A stretch of DNA of 64,000 nucleotides from Candidatus Lloydbacteria bacterium RIFCSPLOWO2_01_FULL_50_20 (GCA_001821435.1 MHLP01000007.1:1620-65619), one strand, 5' to 3'; counted from the stretch's first letter, positions 27,761-38,450 are shown. Notes: generated by a model from the letters alone, not told the origin. Numbers and translations: made by a program.

Positions 27761-28100
27761 AACATGCCACCTGTTTATCCCTGTCCTTACCTGCCTGCCG
27801 ACAGGCGTCCGTGGCATTCTGGCTCACACCAGTAAGTACAGCTACCCGCTTCGGCGGGTAGTTTTTAAATACCAGGAAACCCCGCACGGAGAGGGCGTCG
27901 GACGATGAACATAGCCCGTCGCGAGTGCGGGGATGAATGGAACCTTAGACCGGTTCGCGCTTCGCGAATCCGGCAATTACGCATGCGGAGCATGTGCCAA
28001 GAGAGGAAACCCCGGACAGAGCATAGCGGAGTCCGGGGAGGAGGTCATTTATTGGAAACATCAGATGGGCGACCTGTTTTATGAACGGAAAAGCGGCGAG

Positions 28101-29024
28101 CTAGCGCGCGTGCACATGCATGTAGATATCTTCAAGCGCACGGACGGCATCGCCGGCAGCGATATTGTTCTGATGATAGAGACCATCGGTGCAGTCTCCG
28201 GCAGCCCAGATCCCGTGTGTTTTTGTCTGCTGACTTCTGGGGTCGGTTATGATCTGCCCGATTTTATTGAGCTCTACGATATCTTTCACATACCCCGTGG
28301 AAGGCACAAGGCCGATCTCGACGAAGATCCCCTCACAGGGAATCTCCTTGTTTTGTCCATCGGCAAGGTCTTTATAAACGATCCCGGTGACGAATTTGTC
28401 GCCCCTCACTTCGACAAGTTCCGTATTTGTTATCCCGCGCATTTTCCCATTTGCGAGCACTTTTTGCACCGTTACCGGGTCTGCCCTGTATTCCGGTCCG
28501 CGTTGAAGAAGCGTGACGCTCTTGGCATACGCCAAAAGTTGTGCCGCAGTCTCAAAACCGGCATTACCTCCGCCGCCGACGACGACCTCTTTGCCGGCGA
28601 ACATCGGTCCATCGCAGGATGCGCAATAAGTGATGCCTTTGTTTTCGAATTCCGCCGCACCGGGGATCTCGAGTTTCCGCCGCGTGCTTCCCGAAGCGAT
28701 AAGTACGGTTTTCGTTTCGTATGTTCCTCCGGTACCGGTAGTAACAGCGAAACCTTTCCCACGGTGCGCGATATTCGTCACTTTTTCAGACTCTTTGATG
28801 TCGACGATCTCGTCTTTGTATGCCTCAAGATGTTGGCGTAGAGTTTTGGCGAGCTCAGCTCCTGAGATCACTATCGTCCCGATCCAGTTTTGTATTCCTT
28901 CAGAAACAGTCGACTGCCCGCCCCATTCATAAGCGATAAGAAGAGTTTTCAGACGTTTTCGCGCGGCATAAACCCCAGCGGCAACACCGGCCGGACCGCC
29001 ACCAATGATAACAAGGTCGTACAT
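28101..29024 (-). CDS. trxB: Thioredoxin-disulfide reductase
   Basis: FAD motif IIGGGPAG, redox-active CASCDG, NADPH motif VVGGGGNAG. Confidence 0.85.
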   Translation of the reverse strand: MYDLVIIGGGPAGVAAGVYAARKRLKTLLIAYEWGGQSTVSEGIQNWIGTIVISGAELAKTLRQHLEAYKDEIVDIKESEKVTNIAHRGKGFAVTTGTGGTYETKTVLIASGSTRRKLEIPGAAEFENKGITYCASCDGPMFAGKEVVVGGGGNAGFETAAQLLAYAKSVTLLQRGPEYRADPVTVQKVLANGKMRGITNTELVEVRGDKFVTGIVYKDLADGQNKEIPCEGIFVEIGLVPSTGYVKDIVELNKIGQIITDPRSQQTKTHGIWAAGDCTDGLYHQNNIAAGDAVRALEDIYMHVHAR

Positions 29025-29141
29025 AATTTTATACTATATTTGCATTAAGAATATCACAGTTCCTCATAGGACTTACGCAAATGGATGAAATTCGAGTCGC
29101 AGAGGCTCCGCAACGATGAAGTTCGCCATTGGCGTATGTCC

Positions 29142-30365
29142 TTAGCGTAACTTCGAGCGGCGAAGGAAGGACGGAATCACCCCCAGATCGTCATCTTCTT
29201 TTTCTTTGGGATCGCCATCATCGCGGTTGCCATCAAGAGCACGCGTTTTTTCGTCCGGCATGGTATTAAAGATCGCACGTGATGTGCCGGCCTTGTCTTT
29301 GCGGACGGCGTCTACCAACTTCTCTTCCGGCTCCGCGAAAAGTGTTTCATCGCTTCTTTCGCGTCTCAATGTTTCATTTGAACGCTCGCGCATGCCGTTG
29401 CCTTTTCGTCCTTCTTCCGGAAATCCAGATGCGATCACCGTGATCTTGAGCTCGCCCTTCCGGAGTTTCGGATCGATGATCGCGCCGAAAATGACTCGTG
29501 CGTTTGCGTCGACAGATTCCGTGATGACCTTCGCAGCTTCTTGGACTTCGTTCATGGTGAGGTCTTCTCCGCCGGCGATCGCAAAAAGCACGCCGCGGGC
29601 GCCATTGATCGAAATGTCGAGGAGTGGGGAGTTGATCGCCATGTGCGCCGCTTCCACCGCGCGGTTCTCTCCCGATGCGACCCCGACGCCCATAAGCGCC
29701 GTTCCCGCATCCGCCAAGACTGCGCGAATATCGGCAAAGTCGACATTAATGAGTCCGGGAGTCGTAATAAGGTCGGAAATCCCCTCGACCGCCTGGCGCA
29801 AAACCTCATCACACTGGGCAAAGGCGGAAAGGAGCGTCGTGTCTTTTGCGCTGTTCAAGAGTTTGTCATTCGGAATGATGATGAGTGCATCTACTTCTTC
29901 TTCCAGCGCTTCAAGTCCTTTCTCCGCAAGAAGCATGCGTTGCGCGCCCTCAAAAAAGAACGGCTTCGTCACCACGGCGATCGTGAGCGCCCCAAGCTCT
30001 CTCGCGGTCTTTGCGATGATGGGCGATGCGCCGGTACCGGTGCCGCCCCCCATGCCGCTGGCGATGAAAACCATGTCGGCCCCCTTCAGCGCTTCCTGAA
30101 TTTCTTCTTTCGTTTCTTCTGCAGCCCGGCGTCCCAGCTCAGGATTCATTCCCGTGCCGAGTCCTTTGGTAAGATTTTTTCCGATATGGATCTTTTTCGA
30201 GGCGAGCGAATTATGAAGGTCTTGCGCATCGGTATTGGCAACGATGAATTCAACACCAGTCACCTTTGAGCGGACCATGTGGTTGATCGCATTGCGTCCC
30301 GATCCGCCAGGACCAACAACCTTGATCCGTGCGAAGGCTTCGATCTGCGGATTCACTTTTGGCAT
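29142..30365 (-). CDS. ftsZ: Cell division GTPase FtsZ
   Basis: Tubulin signature [13 protein letters not shown]; N-terminal [17 protein letters not shown]. Confidence 0.9.
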   Translation of the reverse strand: MPKVNPQIEAFARIKVVGPGGSGRNAINHMVRSKVTGVEFIVANTDAQDLHNSLASKKIHIGKNLTKGLGTGMNPELGRRAAEETKEEIQEALKGADMVFIASGMGGGTGTGASPIIAKTARELGALTIAVVTKPFFFEGAQRMLLAEKGLEALEEEVDALIIIPNDKLLNSAKDTTLLSAFAQCDEVLRQAVEGISDLITTPGLINVDFADIRAVLADAGTALMGVGVASGENRAVEAAHMAINSPLLDISINGARGVLFAIAGGEDLTMNEVQEAAKVITESVDANARVIFGAIIDPKLRKGELKITVIASGFPEEGRKGNGMRERSNETLRRERSDETLFAEPEEKLVDAVRKDKAGTSRAIFNTMPDEKTRALDGNRDDGDPKEKEDDDLGVIPSFLRRSKLR

Positions 30366-30633
30366 AATAAAAAAAGTTTAGCGACACCGTCCTTAAGCGA
30401 CCAAAATCTCTTCGAGCATGGCGACTTAGAGATTTGGAAGTACTCCTGTGGTGCGGTATCCGAGACCCTCACTGGAACGATCCGGCCTTTCCGGAATTCG
30501 AGTTTAGTTCTCTTCTCAAATAATAACGAGAGTATAACAAAAAAGATTTGCAAAGCAAAGTAAAAGAGAAATGTGAGGCATTCCGATTCCGCAGGGAACT
30601 TGTCGCGATAGAACGGCTTAATAGAGGGCTTGT

Positions 30634-31845
30634 TTAAGGCATGAGCTGTTTGACCAAATGGGCAAAAGATTCTTTGATTCGTCCGAAGATATGATCGCCG
30701 CCGACAAGCGCGCTGCGGTCGTTCGTCACCCCCCATATCGCAAGTCCGTACGCGACGAACCATGAGGTGTCTTTGATCTGTTTTTTATTTTTTGCATTTG
30801 CGTTGAAATCCAAATTAATGAACGGAACTTTCGAAGGAAGGCGCATTATGCCACGCGCAAAATCTTCGAGTGTTTCGATGCCGGATCCTCCGCCGGTCAA
30901 AATGATCCCCGCAGGCAGTAGCTCGTGTTTTCCGATCTTCTTCAGATGCGCGATGACCAGACTGAACATATCTTCGAGACGGGAGACGATGATGTCGTTC
31001 AGTTTCTTTTTTGGAAATTGCTGTCCGCCGCGTCCGAGTTTGACGAGTTCCGCTTCTTCGAGGGGGATCTTGAGGCCGAGTGCAATGTCGTTCGTGATAT
31101 CGGTCGAACCGATCGGAAAGACTTCCAGTGAGATCGGGATCCCTTCTTCATAGACGACGATGGAAAGCGTTTCCGCTCCGATATTCGCGAGCACACAGCC
31201 CGCCATCTTTTGCGCTTTCGTGAGTGCGACGAATGAAGCTGCGATAGGGGAGGCGCATGCATCGACGGGTTCGACGCCGGCTTCTTCGACGGCGCGGATC
31301 ATGTCATTCAAGTGCTGATCAAGGCACGAAACGATGAGGCATTTCGTTTCCAGCTTGAGTCCGCGCATGCCTTCGGGTCGCCCGTATACTTTTTTTCCGT
31401 CGATCGTATATTCGATCGGAATGGTATGCAGTATTTTTTTATTGGCGGGATTCGGGAGATTTTGTTCAGAAGTACGGAGGGCGCGATCGACATCATTCCC
31501 GCCGATCTCGGAATCAGCACGGGAGATGATCGCTGCCCCGGTCGTTCCTGCTCCCTCAAGACCAACGCCGCCCACCGAGAGATACGCCTCGCGAATATGC
31601 ACTCCCGCAATTTTTTCCGCTTCGTCTACCGCCGCTCGGACGCCCTTCACCGCATCGGCGATGTTGATGATATAGCCGTGTCTTAGTCCGCGCGATTCGG
31701 CTTTCCCCATGCCGATGATGCGCGGAAGCCCTGCGCCCGGCGTGTATTCCGTGATCACCACACGAACAGTGTGCGTGCCGATATCGATCCCGGTTATGAT
31801 GCGCTTGTTTGCCATAAAGGGGAACGCATGCTCCGTTCCACTCAT
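30634..31845 (-). CDS. ftsA: Cell division protein FtsA (actin-like ATPase)
   Basis: Actin-fold phosphate motifs (GIDIGTHTVRVV; DIGAETLSIVVYEEG); located directly upstream of ftsZ. Confidence 0.85.
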   Translation of the reverse strand: MSGTEHAFPFMANKRIITGIDIGTHTVRVVITEYTPGAGLPRIIGMGKAESRGLRHGYIINIADAVKGVRAAVDEAEKIAGVHIREAYLSVGGVGLEGAGTTGAAIISRADSEIGGNDVDRALRTSEQNLPNPANKKILHTIPIEYTIDGKKVYGRPEGMRGLKLETKCLIVSCLDQHLNDMIRAVEEAGVEPVDACASPIAASFVALTKAQKMAGCVLANIGAETLSIVVYEEGIPISLEVFPIGSTDITNDIALGLKIPLEEAELVKLGRGGQQFPKKKLNDIIVSRLEDMFSLVIAHLKKIGKHELLPAGIILTGGGSGIETLEDFARGIMRLPSKVPFINLDFNANAKNKKQIKDTSWFVAYGLAIWGVTNDRSALVGGDHIFGRIKESFAHLVKQLMP

Positions 31846-31860
31846 GCAACAGATCTGCCG

Positions 31861-32277
31861 TTATGGCCGGGAGCTATTTTTGATGTGAAACTTCGCGAGC
31901 AATTGTTGTTCCTGTCTCTCCATTGTACCGCCATGACGGTATCCTTTCAAATGCAAAAGCGAGTGGATAAAGAGGAGTGCGGTAAAAAAACGGAAAGATT
32001 CATTCCGCGACCGGCATTCCCGTTTTGCCTGCCGGAGATTGAGCACGATCTCCCCGCTCTGTTTCTCGAGCGGAAACGAGAGGACATTAGGAACATAGGA
32101 CTTTTTGCGATAGGTCCGGTTGAGTTTTTGGGAATAGGCATCCCCGGCAATGACCAGGGAGAGGACGTACTTCTTTCCGAGCACTCGCCCTTTCATGCGC
32201 AAAAAAGGAAGGACGGGCATCCTCCCCTTTGTGAGTCGTGTGATCGCGAATCCTGATGTCTTATCGGCGACGGCCAT
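31861..32277 (-). CDS. ybeY: rRNA maturation endoribonuclease YbeY
   Basis: HSLLHLKGYRH zinc-binding motif (HxxxHLxGYxH). Confidence 0.75.
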   Translation of the reverse strand: MAVADKTSGFAITRLTKGRMPVLPFLRMKGRVLGKKYVLSLVIAGDAYSQKLNRTYRKKSYVPNVLSFPLEKQSGEIVLNLRQAKRECRSRNESFRFFTALLFIHSLLHLKGYRHGGTMERQEQQLLAKFHIKNSSRP

Positions 32278-32518
32278 TGCTTCCGGGAACTTTTTCCACG
32301 ATCTTCCCCAGTTTCTTCAGCCGTTCATAGGCCTTGCGTTTGTCTATGGAGACCAGAGCGCGGCGCTTTGTTTTGAGTTTGGACAGTTTTCGGCTGAAAT
32401 ACCGCTCTTCTCTGACTTTCATGAGTGCCTTTGTTCCCTGAACGCGCTTCGTAAAACGGCGGATAAGCGCCGCTCCGGATTCATTCCCCTGTTTTTTCAC
32501 TTCGGCGATGATTTTCAT
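32261..32518 (-). CDS. rpsU: 30S ribosomal protein bS21
   Basis: Basic 85-aa protein with an S21-like pattern (ALIRRFTKRV ... REERYFSRKLSKLKTKRR). Confidence 0.6.
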   Translation of the reverse strand: MKIIAEVKKQGNESGAALIRRFTKRVQGTKALMKVREERYFSRKLSKLKTKRRALVSIDKRKAYERLKKLGKIVEKVPGSNGRRR

Positions 32519-32571
32519 GATGTGCGTCCAAATCTAGCACAGGGTATTCTCGATTGCAACCAAGAATATAA

Positions 32572-32597
32572 AAAACGGCCACTGTGGCCGTTATCAT
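32572..32597 (-). terminator. Rho-independent terminator on the minus strand (cggccacagtggccg plus T6) closing the upstream non-coding region
   Basis: GC hairpin followed by TTTTTT, read on the minus strand. Confidence 0.6.
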
Positions 32598-33367
32598 CGT
32601 CTTTTGGTCGGTTCCCGGCGACGAGCGTTTTGAGGGCATCACTTTCGCGCCGCCACACACCACGCCGCCGGGATTCCCGCGCACCCTGCATCGAATTAAG
32701 TAGCCCCTGCAGGGGAGAGCCATTTCGAGCAACTCCAGTGGCGGCTGTGACTATACGCGGCGGCGATTTCCGGAAAACACCGCCATTTGCCGCAATTGCG
32801 GAGTGCTCGGGTTTGCACGTGGCCACGCTGGTCCCGCCTACGCGGGGAGTATTGCGAGGCCAACGGCGCAACGGGCATCTTTACAATCGAAACGGTCTAG
32901 CCCGGTTCAACCGATCCTTTGAAAGTGTAGTAGATTCACAAAAATTGTCAAGCTTCATAAAATGGCTAAAATTAAGGAGAAAAACTTATACAAAAAATAC
33001 ATAAGGCAGTCTTGTGGACTATCATAGGACTCTCTTGTGTATTTTAGGCGGGCATACAACCGCGTGCTCTGCACGGGCCTGGAACCGCAGTTTACGCCTA
33101 CGGCTTTGCGTGGCGCAAACTCAGCAACGTCTTCGTTGCTGCCACAGCTAACCTTCGAGCTCTAGAACTACGATCAAACCGCGGACTCCTGTCCGCGGTG
33201 ATTGACTTTTCACTCGCATTTTCCTCTCAAGCGAAGGTTTTCCTCTTTTGAAAAACATTGCGGAGGCCAACGGGCCGAGCATAGGAATTCGCCAGCCCTT
33301 CGGCAGTGAGCTCAGGGCCGAACTGCAGGCGAATATCCGCGTTTTTCAAAAGAAAAAAACCAGAGCG
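32598..33367 (-). ncRNA. Candidate structured non-coding RNA locus (about 770 nt, GC-rich, no plausible ORF) between hisS and rpsU; identity undetermined
   Basis: Only Arg-rich antisense-like ORFs present; numerous GC-rich helices (tagcccctgcaggggagagc; ccgcggactcctgtccgcgg); terminated by the 32572 hairpin. Confidence 0.35.
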
Positions 33368-34759
33368 CTATTTTATGTTCTTTATATAGTCCGCGAGTTT
33401 TGCCACTTTCACCGTGTCCTGCGAGCGGGTGAGCATGTTGCGGACGATGACCGTTCCGTCGAGCGCTTCTTTTTGTCCAAAAATGATCGCATAGGGGATC
33501 TCGAGTTTCTCGGCGGTTCCCAACTGCCCCGAAAGCGAGTCTCTATTCAATGAGTGCGCGACCGGAATACGCGCGCTTCTTAATACCTCGATGATCTCGA
33601 GCGACTTCAGCTTCGCTTCAAAACCCAGCTGAATAAAATAGATCTTCGGTTTTTTGACGATGCGCGGCGTGACCGCCTTGTAGTTTTGCGACATGAGCAC
33701 GCGGTCCACTCCGATCGATGCGCCAACGGCGGGCACATCCTTCTTGCTTCCGAGACGTTTGGCAAGATAGTCATAGCGTCCTCCGCCAGCCAGCGCAAGC
33801 GGTGCGTTTGCCGCCGCTTCCCGCTCGTCTTTTGCGGTTCTCTTTCCCTTTTCTTCGACGGTCTCTTCAAGCTGCGTCGTATTTTCAGCGGGAGCATCCG
33901 GGATCTTGGCGTCGGGCACCTCGACGATCTCAAAAACGGTATGCGTATAATAATCGAGCCCGCGGACAAGATAGGGGTTAATGCGGTAATTCAGCTTGAG
34001 TGCGTCGAGGTATTCCAGTACTTCTTTGAAATGTGCTTTCGATGCGAGAGAAAGATGGGCGATCGATTGCGGAGCTTTTTCCTTATACGGCTGACATTCC
34101 GGATTCTTGCAATCAAGGAGGCGAAGCGGATTGGTTTTGATGCGCTCTCTGCAGTTCGCACAGAGATGGTTGATGTGTTTGCGGTAGTATTGGGTCAGTT
34201 CGCGGAGGTATGGCACGCGCGAATCTTTGTCGCCGATGGAATTCACGTCGATCACGATATTTTTGAGTCCAACGTCGGAGAGTATCATCGCCGTAAGGTA
34301 GATCACCATGGCGTCCGAGACCGATTTCGGCGAACCGATCATTTCGATGCCGAATTGTCTGAACTCGCGATAGCGCCCGCGCTGCGGATTATCATGCCTG
34401 AAGAACGATCCGTAATAATAGAGTTTGATCGGCTGCGGCTGTGACTGCATGCCGTGCTCAAGATACGCGCGCATGGCGGGGGCGGTTCCTTCCGGACGGA
34501 GCGCGAGTTTGTCGCCGCCTTTGGTCTTCAGCGTATACATTTCTTTTCCGACAAGATCGGTATCTTCGCTATTCGTCGAAAGAAAGACATCTTCGCGCTC
34601 AAGCATGGGAAGCTCTATCGGCTGAAAACCGTAATAGAGTGCGACTTCAGAGGCTTTTTCAAAAAATCCCTGATATTTGTGATGCTCATTTCCCACAATA
34701 TCCCGCATGCCCTTTGGCGCTGTCGGAACATCTTTACGCGCTGCCCCCTTTTTTGCCAT
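33368..34759 (-). CDS. hisS: Histidyl-tRNA synthetase
   Basis: Class II motifs including GRYREFRQFGIE and the HisRS-type N-terminus KGMRDIV. Confidence 0.85.
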   Translation of the reverse strand: MAKKGAARKDVPTAPKGMRDIVGNEHHKYQGFFEKASEVALYYGFQPIELPMLEREDVFLSTNSEDTDLVGKEMYTLKTKGGDKLALRPEGTAPAMRAYLEHGMQSQPQPIKLYYYGSFFRHDNPQRGRYREFRQFGIEMIGSPKSVSDAMVIYLTAMILSDVGLKNIVIDVNSIGDKDSRVPYLRELTQYYRKHINHLCANCRERIKTNPLRLLDCKNPECQPYKEKAPQSIAHLSLASKAHFKEVLEYLDALKLNYRINPYLVRGLDYYTHTVFEIVEVPDAKIPDAPAENTTQLEETVEEKGKRTAKDEREAAANAPLALAGGGRYDYLAKRLGSKKDVPAVGASIGVDRVLMSQNYKAVTPRIVKKPKIYFIQLGFEAKLKSLEIIEVLRSARIPVAHSLNRDSLSGQLGTAEKLEIPYAIIFGQKEALDGTVIVRNMLTRSQDTVKVAKLADYIKNIK

Positions 34760-34794
34760 AGAAATTTTTTTTTGCGCCCGATTACCATTGATAA

Positions 34795-35454
34795 TTATTC
34801 TCCGCGAGCGCTCGCTTCCGCAGGCTCTCCGGTGTCGAGATCGAATTCCGAGAGTGCGCCCGGATACAGGCCGACTTTGCTGATCGGGAACAGGCGCAAC
34901 AACGCTTTGCCATCCATCATATTTTTTGGCACCGGACCCCAGACACGGGAATCCGAGCTCTGGGCGCGGTTATCGCCCATGACAAAATATTGTCCGTCCT
35001 CAAGCGTTCGGGATAAATTTTCCTGCTTGGGACTTTTCACATAAGGCTCGGAAAGCGTAAGCGGAGCGGTATGCCCGGGGCCGGTGATCGTCACTACGCC
35101 GTCGACGATCGTTAAGGTTTCTCCCGGAAGTCCTATCACGCGCTTAATGAAATATTTCGAAGTGTCGAGAGGGTAACGCAGGATCACCACGTCGCCGCGC
35201 TGATAATTGTCCTGATATTTCGCGAGTTCGTTCACGATAAGATACTCGCCGTTGTGAAAAGTGGGATACATGGAATTTCCCGAAACAACGAAAGGCTGCG
35301 CGATGAAGGTCCGGATGGGGATGATGATGAGTGCGGCGATCAGCGCATAGCGGAGGGTTTCCCAGACCACGCTCCATATACTGCCCCCACTCATTTCTCC
35401 CCCCTGCCCTGAGCCTGTCGAAGGGTTCTTTTCTGGCTGATTTTCAGTCTCCAT
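34795..35454 (-). CDS. lepB: Signal peptidase I (S26)
   Basis: Box motifs VVSGNSMYPTF (Ser), GDVVILRYP, KRVIGLPGE, GDNRAQSSDSR. Confidence 0.85.
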   Translation of the reverse strand: METENQPEKNPSTGSGQGGEMSGGSIWSVVWETLRYALIAALIIIPIRTFIAQPFVVSGNSMYPTFHNGEYLIVNELAKYQDNYQRGDVVILRYPLDTSKYFIKRVIGLPGETLTIVDGVVTITGPGHTAPLTLSEPYVKSPKQENLSRTLEDGQYFVMGDNRAQSSDSRVWGPVPKNMMDGKALLRLFPISKVGLYPGALSEFDLDTGEPAEASARGE

Positions 35455-35651
35455 CCCGTTAGAGGTTATTCGTGTTAATAAGGATTGTCATGCAAGTTTT
35501 CGCCATAGTGAGAATATCATACCTGCGCATCACCTTCCGTCCGGAAGTGCATGGCACTTCCTACCTCTAATGGGATCCAGTTGCGCCCATCATACGTGAA
35601 AAAATCCCTTGACGCAAGCGGTATTTTATGAGGATACGAGATGAAAATTTT

Positions 35652-37040
35652 TTAAAATCCGTAAGTGGACGGCGCGAGGAGAATAAAATTCACCAGTATG
35701 AGCAGTCCGACGAACGCCGCGAGCGTAAGCGCAAGCATCCTGTCGCCGGAAACCCGTGCGATGCAGTTCACGATGCGCGGCGCGATGCGAGGGAAGAGCA
35801 GAAAGAGAAAGATAAGTGAAGTGAAATAATGATAGAGGAACATCGGACGATGAATGAGAAAAAAGGGAAGATAATTCATGAGGTAGCCGAGAAGAAGAAT
35901 GGATTCGTTGCGGTCGATCGGAAAACGACGGTCGCGAAAGTAATGGGCGGCGATCCAGATGAGTTCAAAGATGAGCGCAAAGAATGTCACGATCCACAGA
36001 AGGGAGTTTCCGGTGAGGATGATGAACTTGTTCCCTTCGGAATTCTTCCAGACCGCGATCACACTCCGTGCGGGCGGCCACGCAAGAGGGCCGGGCGCGC
36101 TGGTGATCCCTTTGGTGATCTCGGGGTCGCGGTTTGTCTCAAGCATGACGCGATGATGGGCGAAGAAAAATGACGCGATCGATCCCGGGCGGTGTTCCCC
36201 TGGAAACTCGAGCTCAGTGACGATGGGAACGTCGTAAGTTTTAAGTACAGGGTCCGTTTTTCCGCCCCCAGGGAAAGAAAAAAGAAAAACAGTGAATATG
36301 GCGGTATAAACAATGGCAACAATTATCCCGGAGATAAAGATCTCGCGGTACATTTTTGCAAGAAGATAAGCGATGAAGACGACGCCGACAACACCGAGCG
36401 CCGTCCATTTGATCGAAACGGCAAGTCCGAGTGCGAGCGCGGCGGTGATAACTAGCGCGTATCTTTTCCACCCGGCAGTTTTTTTTGTCGCGGCAAAAGC
36501 GGCCAGGAATCCGGAGAATACACAGACGAGAAGGATCGTGTCGGGAAGCATCGTGCGGGAATAGAAGACCAGTGCATTATCGAATACGACAAAAAGCGCG
36601 GGAATCATTGCTATGCGCGGAATGTAGCCTAGGGTTCGCGCGAGAGCGTACACGAGCGGCACGAGCAGTATGCCGAAGAGTGCTACGAAGAAACGGAGTG
36701 CGACATACGGAAAATCCTGAAAGGACTGATTGATCGCTATCGGGATCGTCGAAACCTCGAAAGGGAAAAAACTTGCGACCTCGGCAAAGAGCATGCGTGC
36801 GAGCGGAGGGTGAATATCGAAGAAAGGCGCACCCGCAATGATGTTGATGGCAAAATTCGCATGGAGCACTTCATCGAAAAGTGTCTGGTTTGGATGACTC
36901 AAAAAAGGAACACGAAGAAGTACCGCAAGCATAATGATAAAAAGAACGATACCGGTGTCCTTTACCGTGTGCGCCAGGAACCACGCACGGACCGTATTTG
37001 CGAACCGAATGACCGGCTCAAATGTACTCCGGAGGTGCAT
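35652..37040 (-). CDS. GT39/PMT-family protein O-mannosyltransferase-like integral membrane glycosyltransferase
   Basis: FDEVLHANFA ... FFDIHPPLARMLFA matches the PMT DE and HPPL(G/A)K signature; about 11 TM helices. Confidence 0.65.
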   Translation of the reverse strand: MHLRSTFEPVIRFANTVRAWFLAHTVKDTGIVLFIIMLAVLLRVPFLSHPNQTLFDEVLHANFAINIIAGAPFFDIHPPLARMLFAEVASFFPFEVSTIPIAINQSFQDFPYVALRFFVALFGILLVPLVYALARTLGYIPRIAMIPALFVVFDNALVFYSRTMLPDTILLVCVFSGFLAAFAATKKTAGWKRYALVITAALALGLAVSIKWTALGVVGVVFIAYLLAKMYREIFISGIIVAIVYTAIFTVFLFSFPGGGKTDPVLKTYDVPIVTELEFPGEHRPGSIASFFFAHHRVMLETNRDPEITKGITSAPGPLAWPPARSVIAVWKNSEGNKFIILTGNSLLWIVTFFALIFELIWIAAHYFRDRRFPIDRNESILLLGYLMNYLPFFLIHRPMFLYHYFTSLIFLFLLFPRIAPRIVNCIARVSGDRMLALTLAAFVGLLILVNFILLAPSTYGF

Positions 37041-37473
37041 TGTTTTCTTTCCGGTAAGATTCGTGAAAAAGAAAAAATTTAAAGATCACGAATGTCACCG
37101 TTGAAAGGAGGAAGATCGTTGTCGCGATGACCAGAAGATAATATTGGAGCCCGACCGCCTCGGTGACGTATTTGACGATCACGGCTTGGAAGAGCGTGAG
37201 GATGACACTATAGGCGATGAAGCCGATCAGGCGTGAAAAATGACGCGAAGTGGTTTTGAATGTGACCAGCGTATGCAGGGTGAAATTATAGAGGAGATTG
37301 AACGTTGCGCCGATAAGATATGCCTTGAAATATCCCGGAAGTCCGAATACGAACGTCGTAAAAAACCACGTAAGAGATAGATTGATCGCGACACCCGAAA
37401 CGCCAGTCATGAAAAAATGAAAATATTTATGCCGGAACAATATTGATTGCGCAAGCGCGATAAGTTTTTTCAT
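37018..37473 (-). CDS. GtrA-family membrane protein
   Basis: 151 aa, four TM helices, GtrA-like pattern; overlaps the GT39 gene start. Confidence 0.55.
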   Translation of the reverse strand: MKKLIALAQSILFRHKYFHFFMTGVSGVAINLSLTWFFTTFVFGLPGYFKAYLIGATFNLLYNFTLHTLVTFKTTSRHFSRLIGFIAYSVILTLFQAVIVKYVTEAVGLQYYLLVIATTIFLLSTVTFVIFKFFLFHESYRKENNAPPEYI

Positions 37474-37712
37474 AGATTATTTTTTTGTCCGCCATTTTCC
37501 CGTGCTATACTGGATATCATCCTGACGGAAAGGACGCTCGAACGGATTCTATGATAACAGAAAACTCTATTGGTGTCAGGGTATTATGGTGAGTCTCATG
37601 AGCAGTCGCGGACACGTGAAGAATAACTATTTATAAATGCAACAGTTGAATATTATGAACGATAATCGAGCAGGATGCAGGGTGTTTTTGCCTGCGTCCT
37701 ATTTTTAGCTGA

Positions 37713-38450
37713 ATGAAATTTACACTGGTCATCCCTGCGTTCAACGAAGTTTCGGTGATCGTCCCCACGCTCACCGGCCTTTGCGACGGTTTTCGTTTTT
37801 TTTATGATATCGATTGGACGATTCTCGTTGTCGACAACGGTTCTACTGATGGGACGAGGGAAGCCGTTCTTGACTTCGGAAATAAGAACGTCAAATTGCT
37901 CCGCGTCGAGGAGAAAGGAAAGGGGAATGCCATAAGGAGAGCATTCGCAAAAACAGACGCTGATATCTTCGGATTCACCGACGCCGATTTTCCCATCGCG
38001 CCGGTGGATATCATTTCGGCCGCTCAACTCATCATGAACAATGCAGCTGATGTGGTCGTCGGCTCACGTCTTCTTCCTCAGAGCAAAAGTATCGGGAGAG
38101 AATGGTGGCGCACATGGAGTTCGCATGTGTTCAACTTGCTGGCGCGGGCGATCGTCGGTGTGGCCGTCAGCGATACGCAGTGTCCGCTCAAGTTGATGAA
38201 CGCAAAGGGGCTTACGGTCATGCTTGCGACGAGAGAGCCCACTTGGTTTTTTGATGTCGAATTTTTTGCGCTTTTGAGTGGTGTGGGACTGTCGGTCCTT
38301 GAAATTCCCGTTACATGGAACGAGCACCGCTATCCGAAAAGAAAAAGCAAACTGAAACTTGCCGACAGTTTTCGCGCCGTACGGGCGATGTTCCGCATCC
38401 GCTCAATGATCCCGGCTCAGCTTTCACTGCTCCAGTCTATAAAAAGATAA
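37713..38450 (+). CDS. GT2 polyprenyl-phosphate glycosyltransferase (Dpm1/GtrB-like)
   Basis: VIPAFNE ... VVDNGSTDGT ... TDADF GT-A fold motifs (DxD). Confidence 0.75.
   Translation: MKFTLVIPAFNEVSVIVPTLTGLCDGFRFFYDIDWTILVVDNGSTDGTREAVLDFGNKNVKLLRVEEKGKGNAIRRAFAKTDADIFGFTDADFPIAPVDIISAAQLIMNNAADVVVGSRLLPQSKSIGREWWRTWSSHVFNLLARAIVGVAVSDTQCPLKLMNAKGLTVMLATREPTWFFDVEFFALLSGVGLSVLEIPVTWNEHRYPKRKSKLKLADSFRAVRAMFRIRSMIPAQLSLLQSIKR

Noticed and set aside
27933-28841. 302-aa plus-strand ORF
   Set aside because: Entirely antisense to trxB, which has unambiguous FAD/NADPH/CxxC motifs.
29206-30269. 297-aa and 242-aa plus-strand ORFs
   Set aside because: Antisense shadow ORFs within ftsZ; Ser/Ala/Arg-rich low-complexity translations.
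32150-33004. 284-aa plus-strand ORF spanning ybeY/rpsU antisense and the GC-rich gap
   Set aside because: Arg/Pro-rich junk-like translation; the first half is antisense to two well-supported genes; the remainder is better explained as non-coding structured sequence.
33686-34444. 252-aa plus-strand ORF
   Set aside because: Antisense to hisS.
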